A stretch of 51,773 nucleotides of DNA from Candidatus Margulisiibacteriota bacterium (GTDB lineage: Bacteria; Margulisbacteria; WOR-1; XYC2-FULL-46-14). Made by a program: the position numbers and the translations under genes. The notes below the pieces were generated by a model. That model saw only the letters and a program-made list of their open reading frames with translations. It searched no databases and was not told the DNA's origin. The DNA lies in assembly GCA_042563095.1 (NCBI GenBank), contig JBHPMS010000004.1:1-51773 (forward strand), in the 5' to 3' direction. Below are positions 43,863 to 51,773 of this stretch, piece by piece (the stretch's first letter is position 1; each line of letters opens with the position of its first letter).

Positions 43863-45817
43863 ATGCCAAATGAAGTTTTAAAAACTTCGGTTTTTATCCT
43901 GCTTTTTTCTTTTCTTTCTTTTACCGCTTCAGCCCAATTCCTGGATGTCCCATTAACCAGCCCGATCCATGACGCCATCAAACTTTTAGCGGATGAAGGG
44001 ATAGTGCGGGTTGGCGCTGATAAAATATTTAACCCGAACGCCCTTATCAACCGCTATGAAATGTCGGTTTTGATCTTCCGCACCCTGCGTAAGACGTTGG
44101 GAAAAGATATTCCTCCAGCCGAGCCGCAGACAATGAGCCGGTTTTTTAAAGATATACCAAAGGGGCATTATGCTTATGATTCTGTCAGCCGCTTATTTAA
44201 ATCCGGGGTCGTATCAAAACCGTATAAGTCGGTGTTTAAAGGGGACAGTTCGGTCAGCCGATACGAATTTTATACAGCGGCAGCTAAGATGCTAAAAAAA
44301 ACCGGCAAAGGGCTTAAAGCGTCCGACCCCCAAAAAAAAGATACGTTTATTCTGACCTTGATGTTTTGCACTGGGCTTATCCGTCTATAGTCAGCTTGAT
44401 CCGGGCAGGGTATGTTCCGGAGCCAAAAGATAATACCGAACTATTTGAGGGAGAGGATTGGGTTACCCGGAAGGAGGCGGCGGCGCTGCTCTATTTTGTG
44501 GTCAAACGGGCTGCCGGCAGCGAACAGAAGCCGCCGGCGGCAGAAAAAAAGAGCTATCCGGATGTCCCGGCCGGCCACTACGCCGCGGACGATATTGCGG
44601 AACTGCTGGAAGCGGGGATACTTACCCTGCATGCCGAAAAAAAGTTTAAAGGGGGAAGGCCGGTAACGCGCTACCAGGCGATCGACCTGTTGGCTCAGTT
44701 GTTGGAGCAAGTCTTGTCCGGACAGGGAGGACTTAAGCAGGCTGCTTATGACCTGCGCTACAAAGATGTTTCCCTGCTACATCCGGCTTATTTGGACTAC
44801 GGTTTTGATTTTTCAATGAGCAATACAGCCAGCTTGGCACAGGGAAACCTGACCCAAGCTTCGGCCAGCCAGTTAGCCAATATAGCGTTTGACCGGAGCC
44901 TGGGGAATACCGCCCGCGGTTATGTCAATCTAAGGGGTAGTTATAACTTTGGCCAGACCACCGCAATAAACTCTTCAATAACTCAGGCTTATCTGGTATA
45001 TAATGCTGATCCATTTCATCTCCAGGCCGGCCGATTTCCGCTCTATGAGACCTATGACCCGTTTGGCAACAGTATTTTTGTTGATTCATTGCAAGATATG
45101 GTAGTGGTGGAGGGGTCGAAAAACTTTGGCCGGATAATGGGAGCTGTTAGCAAACTGGTCAATGTGGGGATTTTACAGGATGATTCCAAGGCAGGATTGG
45201 TCCTCTATCAACCGGAGCTCCCCCTTGAGCTTAGCCTGGGGTTTGCTCTGGTGACAGACCCAACTGACCCGAGCGGGGCATACAGCAGCGCCCGGCTTCC
45301 ATGCAATATTACACAGCTCTATATTGGCGTGCGTGTTCCGGCCAACAAGAATGTTACCCTTACACTTGAAGGCGCACAGGTATCTTTGAGTAATGAGGAA
45401 ACCGTGCTTCCGTATATTGGATTTACCAATGTGACCGATACAAAAGCATATCAAGCTTCCATTTCTTTTATAACCGATGACCTCAAGAACCAGTACTCTT
45501 TAGGTTACCAGAATATCGGGGAGGATTATTATATGGCAGAACTGCTCGATCCGGCGGCGCTGGTAGGTGGAGGGCAGGGGACCAGCGCCTATTTATATAA
45601 ATGGAGAAACTATATCAATAACCGGGAACATATCGGTGTCGGAATAGAATATATCATGTCTGGAGGAGAGAACCTCCAGAACAAGATAAATCTGTTATAC
45701 AGCCGGAGAATGTCCGACCAGATATATTCCAAGGCGACCGTAACCAGGACTGATGTCAAGACCGCCGGCGGGCAGGGCAGCTGGGATATTACCGGGCTGT
45801 TGGCGGCCTATTTTTGA
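43863..45817 (+). pseudogene. Multi-SLH outer-membrane beta-barrel, copy 1; frameshifted at A8 (44332-44339)
   Basis: Two ORFs join via one extra A into a paralog of 47608-49989; four full SLH repeats; ends AAYF. Confidence 0.85.
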
Positions 45818-45819
45818 TG

Positions 45820-45846
45820 CAAGAAATGCGGGTAGAAACACGATAA
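45820..45846 (+). promoter_or_regulatory. sigma28-like promoter CAAG-N15-CACGATAA
   Basis: Read directly. Confidence 0.6.
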
Positions 45847-45866
45847 TATAAACAGAGGTGAGTGTT

Positions 45867-45980
45867 ATGAAACGCCAGAAACAAGTAAAGATATCTGAAG
45901 CGATCAAAAGGATCAGAAAAGAGGTCAAAGAGCGCAAAGTGTCACTTAAGCAATTGAAGCTGGACGGGCAGAGATCATAA
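45867..45980 (+). CDS. Cationic peptide B, 37 aa: MKRQKQVKISEAIKRIRKEVKERKVSLKQLKLDGQRS
   Basis: SD GAGGTG; alignable to peptides C and D. Confidence 0.7.
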   Translation: MKRQKQVKISEAIKRIRKEVKERKVSLKQLKLDGQRS

Positions 45981-46033
45981 ACTGAACAGATAAGCGGCTC
46001 TTCCTAAAAATCGGTTCAAAGATTTTGGTAAAC

Positions 46034-47241
46034 CTATAGATATTGCCAGGGGACCAGGGTGATTTTGTCGGTCAGCTTTTCCGGCCGGCTGCCCATAGTA
46101 ATTACATAACCCTTTTTTGCAACTTTTGGATAATCATCAAGAAAATTAATGAGCCCTTTTATTTGAGCTGTCCCAACCCTTTTGGACGCTTTGATCTCGA
46201 TCGGAATAACCTTGTTCCCAAGGTCAATAATACAATCAACCTCGGCTCCGGCGGAGGTGCGCCAATAATTAACCCGGTAGTCCTTGTTCAAAAGACGGAT
46301 CCTGCGAATTATCTCAAGCATTACCGCGTGCTCAAATAAAACTCCTTTTTGAGTATTTATAAGACCTTTAGTTAAAGGCAATCGGCAAATCGCGTTTCTG
46401 ACCCCAAGATCAAAAAAGTAGAAACGGGGAGAGGTTAAAAGGCGCTTGCGGGCCCTTTTTGTGTATGGTTCAATTCTTTCAACAATAAGCGTATCTACCA
46501 ATAAATTATAGAATTCCTTAACCGCAGGAGCGCTGACCCCGGATTCCATAGAAAGCCTGTTAAAATTCGGGCTGGTTCCGGACTCTTGTGCCGCCAGCTC
46601 TAAAAAACGCGAGAATGCGCCGATCTTTCTGCTGAGGGACTCCGCGCGGATCTCTTCTTCCAAATAGATATGGGAATATGCCTTAATAAAATCAGAACGG
46701 TCGTTATCGTTTTTTAAGGTGATGTTTTTCGGGAGCGACCCAAAAACCAGGCTTTTTTCAAAAGAATAGTCCGGCTTATTGATAACCACCGCAGTTCTGG
46801 TATATAATTTTCTTTTATCAATCCCAGCTCTCCATATGTAAACGGATCCATGTGAAAGTATTTTATTCTGCCGGGGAGCAGGTTGGTCCCTTTTCTTCTC
46901 AGTTTTCTGGCGGAAGAACCGGTAATTATAAAACTGGCCAGGTTTTTATCAAGCAGGTATTGGATAGCATCAAATAGTTCCGGTATCTTTTGGGCTTCAT
47001 CAATAAAAACCAGCGGCCTCTTTTTATTAGCCTCGATCTGGCGGATCAAGACAGCGGGGTCTTTTTCCAGCTCCATCCTGGTAGACGGGTTTTGCAGCAA
47101 AAAACTCATGCTGTTGCGTTTGTCTTTCAGCAAGCTTTCGATCAGGGTTGTTTTGCCGACCTGTCTGGGCCCCAGGATAAGAGCCGAGTGTCCCTGCTTT
47201 ATTAAACGCTTTAATTGCTTCTCTAGATTTCTTAATAACAC
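46034..47241 (-). pseudogene. Frameshifted AAA_14/DUF4143-like ATPase
   Basis: GPRQVGKTT/FIDEAQK in 46714-47241; GSLP...EVD..IEIK in 46034-46789; frame change near 46790. Confidence 0.85.
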
Positions 47242-47261
47242 TTTATATCTGCCTTGTAAAA

Positions 47262-47294
47262 ATAAAGTATACTTTATAATATCCCGGATGTCAA
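47262..47294 (-). promoter_or_regulatory. sigma70 promoter TTGACA-N17-TATACT with perfect palindrome ATAAAGTATACTTTAT over the -10
   Basis: Read directly. Confidence 0.7.
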
Positions 47295-47310
47295 GGGGGA
47301 GGAGCCTCAG

Positions 47311-47523
47311 TTACGCCAGCAATGCTGCCGGCAGCTCTTTAATTTCTTCTCGATTGGCAAAGGAGCTTTCAGGTCCGATTATCTCCGCTTCTCCAAAATA
47401 TACTTGAAGCGCCATACCAAGCAGTACGGTAATGCCAATAGATATTAAAGAAATTATACTTTTATCCCAGTAGGGGATTCCCAGTTGGATATAACGCCTT
47501 AATAGCGGCCAGTCTTTCTTCAT
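47311..47523 (-). pseudogene. Deleted remnant of a second ABC exporter
   Basis: First 37 aa (MKKDWPLL...SLISIGITVLLGM) closely match 42023-43774, then an unrelated tail. Confidence 0.85.
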
Positions 47524-47607
47524 GTTTTAGATAGTATATTATGTTTTAGGTGCAGTTTCAATGGGGGCTTGCATATAGGGTTTCATATAATGTATAATTT
47601 GCGAATT

Positions 47608-49989
47608 ATGAGAAAAATTATAACTTTGTTCCTATTATTATTGGTTTTTAGCCTGGCAGCTAACGCAGAATTTGTTGACGTCCCAAAACAAAATCCTCTA
47701 AGTGATGTTTTACAACTGTTATCGGTTGAAAGAGTAGTAAGCCCTGGCAGAGGGAGTAAGACTTTTAATCCTGATGCAAATATTACACGCTACGAAATGG
47801 CTGCAATATTATATCGAACTTTGAGGCGCATTCGAAGTATCCCCGCGGCTTCGACCACAACGATGAAGGTTCATTTTAAGGATATCAATCCCAAGCATTA
47901 TGCCTATGATGCTGTTCGCAGGCTACACAAAGCAGAGATTCTCTCAAAACCGAAGAAGAATAAGTTTATGGGGAATCAAAAAGTTAAACGCTATGAAATG
48001 GTTGCCGCTTTTGCCAAGCTCTTAAAAAAAACCCCGGTTTATAATATCTACGAAGTGCCGGAGGAATCGGTCTACATGTATAGTGATGTTAAACAGAATC
48101 ATTGGTCTTTTCCATACATGCTGGATTTAATAGAACGGGGCTATCTACCGGTGCCAGAGGGTGCACAGGATCATTTTAGCGGGGAGCAGTACGCCACCAG
48201 AAAAGAAGTTGCGGTCCTCTCTTACTTTTTAATGAGAAAGATGACAGAGTTGCGCAGAAATATTTCTAGTAAAAAGACCGCAACGATTGCTGCTCAAGCC
48301 AGCCTTCCCCAATCGTATCGTGATGTGCCAAACAGCCATGCTGTGGCTAGTGATATCTACGAATTAGCCGAAGCTGGAATTTTAAGTCCAGGCAAAGGAG
48401 ATCTTTTTAGGGGGAATGATTCTCTCACTCGTTACGAAGCGATGGAGTTGTTGACCCGGATATTAGAATCAGTTTTGGGACCCTTAACTGAGGCCGATTA
48501 TGATCTAGGATACAAAGATGTTTCGGTTCTCAATTCTTCTTATCCTTCCATTCAAAAACTAATAAAATTGGGAATCTTGCCAATGGGGAACAATCAAGAA
48601 TTGTTCAACGGGCAAAATATGGTAACCCGCTACCAAATGATTTATTCTTTCTTTCTTCCGATCGAAGATATTTTGACCGGAGTAACTGTTTTTCAGAAGG
48701 CCAGCCCAAAGATTATTTATCACGATGTCCCAAAAGATCATTTTACTTATCCGGTTATTCAAAAACTAATTGGCCTGGGAACTTTACGGGGCGGAGCAAA
48801 TTATACATTTAATGGGAACGATTATGTAGGTAGATATGAGGCGGCCCATTTTATTACAAACTTGCTAAAGACGGTTTACACCACAATTGAGGATGTAAAA
48901 GCAATTGAAACTCCAGAATATTTGGATTATGGATTTGATTTTTCGTTGACCACGACTTTAGATTATTTGCAAAGGGAGAACACAAAATCAAGTGGGGGAA
49001 CGATGAGCCGTGCCTATGCTTATCAAACAGCCACACTTATCTTTAAGGGGAATGCGGGGAAAGATATTAGCGGGTACCTGAATCTAAAGACCTCCTACTA
49101 TTTTGGTCAGTTGACCACCCCCAGTACCAGCTTCTCCCTGGGATATTTAACTTTAAAAAGGAGACCGCTCACAATTCAAGCTGGAAGGACTGCTTATTAC
49201 AATGGGTATGATCCATTTGGAAATAGTTTGTTTGCAGATACTAGCAGTTCAGATTTAATTATTGTACAAGGAGCAAACCAGCTATTAAAAGGTTCGTTTG
49301 CAGTTGGGAAGTTGATCTATTTGGCAAATGATATATCATTTGATTCCAACATTGCTTCATTATATATAACACCACGCCTTAAACTCTTTAATCGGGCAGA
49401 ATTTTCATTTGGTTTAAACATGATGAATGATCCGCTTGATCCGAGTGGTTTATACACCGGTGGTATTTTACCAACCCGAATTACCCATCTTTATGCCGGA
49501 TCGAGAATTTCTCTAAATGATCGCTTTAAACTAAATCTGGAGGGAGCAAGTGTAGCCTATAGTAATGAAAGTGTAGTTTTACCTTACGTCGGATATTTAA
49601 CTAAAAAAGATTTAACTGCTTTTCAAACCGCATTAACTTATTACTCTCCAGATTATAAGCGACAACTATCAATTGGCTACCAGAGTATCGGGGATGATTT
49701 TTACATGGCACAATTCATCAGCCCGGGGGTTCAGGTTGGAGGAGGGCAGGGTACTACCGCATATCTGATCAAATATAGAAATTATTTTACAGGTGGAAAT
49801 TATGTTGGTCTATTGTTAGAGAATATTTCCAGGGATGGAACCAATACCACCAATCGCTACAATCTATTATACAATTTACGCCTAGCAGATCGAGCCTATC
49901 TCCGCTTTGATTTGATTAGAACAGATGACAATACCAGCAGTAAACGGAGCAGTTGGAACCTAACCGGAAAGACCTATATTTATTTTTAA
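47608..49989 (+). CDS. Multi-SLH (six repeats) outer-membrane beta-barrel, copy 2 (intact)
   Basis: Signal peptide; six (F/Y)xD(V/I)...R(Y/K)(E/Q) repeats; beta-rich C-terminus ending YIYF; start moved to ATG 47608. Confidence 0.88.
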   Translation: MRKIITLFLLLLVFSLAANAEFVDVPKQNPLSDVLQLLSVERVVSPGRGSKTFNPDANITRYEMAAILYRTLRRIRSIPAASTTTMKVHFKDINPKHYAYDAVRRLHKAEILSKPKKNKFMGNQKVKRYEMVAAFAKLLKKTPVYNIYEVPEESVYMYSDVKQNHWSFPYMLDLIERGYLPVPEGAQDHFSGEQYATRKEVAVLSYFLMRKMTELRRNISSKKTATIAAQASLPQSYRDVPNSHAVASDIYELAEAGILSPGKGDLFRGNDSLTRYEAMELLTRILESVLGPLTEADYDLGYKDVSVLNSSYPSIQKLIKLGILPMGNNQELFNGQNMVTRYQMIYSFFLPIEDILTGVTVFQKASPKIIYHDVPKDHFTYPVIQKLIGLGTLRGGANYTFNGNDYVGRYEAAHFITNLLKTVYTTIEDVKAIETPEYLDYGFDFSLTTTLDYLQRENTKSSGGTMSRAYAYQTATLIFKGNAGKDISGYLNLKTSYYFGQLTTPSTSFSLGYLTLKRRPLTIQAGRTAYYNGYDPFGNSLFADTSSSDLIIVQGANQLLKGSFAVGKLIYLANDISFDSNIASLYITPRLKLFNRAEFSFGLNMMNDPLDPSGLYTGGILPTRITHLYAGSRISLNDRFKLNLEGASVAYSNESVVLPYVGYLTKKDLTAFQTALTYYSPDYKRQLSIGYQSIGDDFYMAQFISPGVQVGGGQGTTAYLIKYRNYFTGGNYVGLLLENISRDGTNTTNRYNLLYNLRLADRAYLRFDLIRTDDNTSSKRSSWNLTGKTYIYF

Positions 49990-49998
49990 AATTGCACG

Positions 49999-50025
49999 CA
50001 AGTTTTTCGGGACTTGCTGCGATAG
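49999..50025 (+). promoter_or_regulatory. sigma28-like promoter CAAG-N15-TGCGATAG
   Basis: Read directly. Confidence 0.6.
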
Positions 50026-50057
50026 TAGCTGTAGTACGACAAAAGGAGGAGATTGCC

Positions 50058-50210
50058 ATGAGCAACAAAAAGGATACAAAGGTTTCTTCTGGCTACCAGA
50101 GTAAGGATTCCACACTAAAGGATATCAAGCTTTCAAAAGTTCTTCGCAAGCTCAGCGTAGTTGCATCAAAAAAACCCAAGTTTAGGTCGTTTAAGCAGTA
50201 CAGTTCATAG
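50058..50210 (+). CDS. Cationic peptide C, 50 aa: MSNKKDTKVSSGYQSKDSTLKDIKLSKVLRKLSVVASKKPKFRSFKQYSS
   Basis: SD AGGAGG; ATG 50058. Confidence 0.75.
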   Translation: MSNKKDTKVSSGYQSKDSTLKDIKLSKVLRKLSVVASKKPKFRSFKQYSS

Positions 50211-50222
50211 GAGGAATAAAAA

Positions 50223-51221
50223 ATGAGAAAGGGAATACTTATTTGTTTGGCTTTTTTTCTGATGGCAAGTGTTGGTAATGCTTATGAGACGATGATTATT
50301 GAAAGCAATCCTACGACCGGTGTTCTTCAAGAAGACCAGAGCACTGTTACATTGGATCCTTCAGGCAGTACAACGATTAATTATGATGCTCTTGGGCAGG
50401 ATCCAAAATACCTGGCGACAGTAGATGGAGGAGCAGTAATACCAGATTCTTCGGACGGGAGTACAAATCCCGGGACAATTCCTGATATTACAGCTCCAGT
50501 AGAAGATACTCCTTTGGGATCGGGCGGGGAAGGGAAGCTGGTGACACCAGCGAATACTGGTATTAGTTTGACTACCCCAACTATTAGCGGAGCGGTCGAA
50601 GACCAATTGCCGCAATTAAGAGATGTTCAAGATGTTGAAGCTATAGTTCCTTCTGGCGGGAACACTACGCCGCTTGTAACTTTTGATCCTAAAAAATTTA
50701 CGACACTTCCAACAATTGATCCCAAAAAGGTCAATACTAATCCGCCTCTTAATATTGTTCCCGTTACAAAGTTCATTGCCGAAGATGCTGAAACACCTCC
50801 AGTGGATGCAGATAAAGAGGCGGGTCCGGTTCTGCCATCCGCTTCAGACGCCAATCGAACAAGCAGGATTACGAGAAATCCGGATACTGATGCTGTACAA
50901 ACTCCGGCTCAGGCAAGAGATTTGGATACCGAAGCATTACAAAGGGCAAATGATCCTGGTGCCGGCGGCAAGGTTGTTGTCTACAAAGACCAAGAATCTG
51001 GTAAAACTATAGTTTATAAAGGCTCAAGCGCGGAGAGGACATCAAAGAGAGTATGGAAGTATCATCCTAATACTTCCCCAGAGTGGGCACAAAAAGAATA
51101 CTCTCCAGCAGAGAGAGCGCAAATCGAGCAGATAGAACTAGCTAGAAAGAAAACTGCGAAAAAGAAAATTGCCGCGAAGTACAAATATAAACAAGACCTT
51201 TATAAATTATTGAAGAGATAG
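50223..51221 (+). CDS. Secreted low-complexity Pro/Thr/Asp-rich protein with basic C-terminal helix
   Basis: SD AGGAGG; Sec signal peptide; compositional bias. Confidence 0.8.
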   Translation: MRKGILICLAFFLMASVGNAYETMIIESNPTTGVLQEDQSTVTLDPSGSTTINYDALGQDPKYLATVDGGAVIPDSSDGSTNPGTIPDITAPVEDTPLGSGGEGKLVTPANTGISLTTPTISGAVEDQLPQLRDVQDVEAIVPSGGNTTPLVTFDPKKFTTLPTIDPKKVNTNPPLNIVPVTKFIAEDAETPPVDADKEAGPVLPSASDANRTSRITRNPDTDAVQTPAQARDLDTEALQRANDPGAGGKVVVYKDQESGKTIVYKGSSAERTSKRVWKYHPNTSPEWAQKEYSPAERAQIEQIELARKKTAKKKIAAKYKYKQDLYKLLKR

Positions 51222-51237
51222 AGGGGGGAGAGTAATA

Positions 51238-51354
51238 ATGAAAAAGGTTAAATTAGTTGATGTCATAAAAAAGATTAGTTCAGCAGCAAAGAAGAACAAG
51301 ATTAAGTTCCGCCAGCTGCAGGCGATCAAGAAAGGGGATAATTCCAAAGCCTAG
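51238..51354 (+). CDS. Cationic peptide D, 38 aa: MKKVKLVDVIKKISSAAKKNKIKFRQLQAIKKGDNSKA
   Basis: G-rich SD; alignable to peptides B and C. Confidence 0.75.
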   Translation: MKKVKLVDVIKKISSAAKKNKIKFRQLQAIKKGDNSKA

Positions 51355-51447
51355 ACTAAATCTGAGAAACCACTTGACAAAACTATAATTCTAATATATA
51401 TTACATCCATGATATAGGACAAATATGTCCAATAATGGAGACATAAT

Positions 51448-51773
51448 ATGATTAGGGAAGAATTACAAACGAGAGCAAATGCAGAAGGCCTGCCTTTAAA
51501 AATTATCGAGAAAGAAGCTTTGCAGATTTATATTTTGGGTGAGTTTTTTTCCCTGCCAGAATCATCCCATTTTACCTTTCAAGGAGGAACCTGTTTACGG
51601 TTAGTCTATGGAGGCGTGCGCTATTCTGAAGATCTTGATTTTGTGACAACTGCAAAAGAGAATGATATTGCATGTTTAATCAAGAAACTTTCCTCCTCTT
51701 TAGGGCAGGTAGGGCCTTTATTTGAGGGGAGGATCGAAATCTTAAAGCAAAAAACATCAGAAACATTTTGCCG
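51448..51773 (+). CDS. AbiEii-type nucleotidyltransferase (type IV TA toxin family), truncated by window end
   Basis: FQGGTCLRLVYGGVRYSEDLDF; TTGACA at 51374 and GGACA-aata-TGTCC palindrome at 51417-51430. Confidence 0.88.
   Translation, partial: MIREELQTRANAEGLPLKIIEKEALQIYILGEFFSLPESSHFTFQGGTCLRLVYGGVRYSEDLDFVTTAKENDIACLIKKLSSSLGQVGPLFEGRIEILKQKTSETFC

Noticed and set aside
47311-47410. cNMP-binding domain in the tail of the ABC remnant (YFGE)
   Set aside because: Only four residues match; the PRxA motif is absent
40139-51354. Classical RiPP or double-glycine bacteriocin cluster
   Set aside because: No modifying enzymes, no GG leader, no Cys, and no C39 peptidase domain on the exporter
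39283-51773. tRNA-anchored integrative island or prophage
   Set aside because: No integrase, att duplication or phage genes seen; the accessory DNA is on the 5' side of the tRNA

Overview
A low-GC bacterial chromosome segment just downstream of the origin-proximal genes (end of dnaN, DciA/DUF721, gyrB, gyrA). It combines outer-membrane genes (Skp, lpxD, SLH-anchored beta-barrels) with a Firmicutes-style rimO-pgsA-cinA-recA-rny-ymdB operon. This suggests a diderm Terrabacterium, plausibly Margulisbacteria/Saganbacteria-like (inference only). Positions 1-39.3 kb are mostly housekeeping (pth, hisC, gcvT/H/PA, mfd, ftsH, valS, tRNA-Thr), with small accessory cassettes interspersed: AAA ATPases, an Xre+Fic pair and an AbrB/PIN toxin-antitoxin pair. 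ftsH carries a 445-aa LAGLIDADG intein next to its pore loop. Three tiny stand-alone HisKA-like proteins precede a lone receiver domain. The most unusual part is 40-51.4 kb, a duplicated module of an ABC exporter transcribed divergently from a multi-SLH outer-membrane barrel. It is interleaved with four intact, highly cationic 37-50 aa peptide genes (largely missed by the ORF track) and one decayed copy. Three of these peptide genes and three orphan genes elsewhere share an exactly spaced sigma28-like promoter, (C/G)AA(G/A)-N15-nnCGA(T/A)A. All calls come from motif recognition by eye; no database searches were run.
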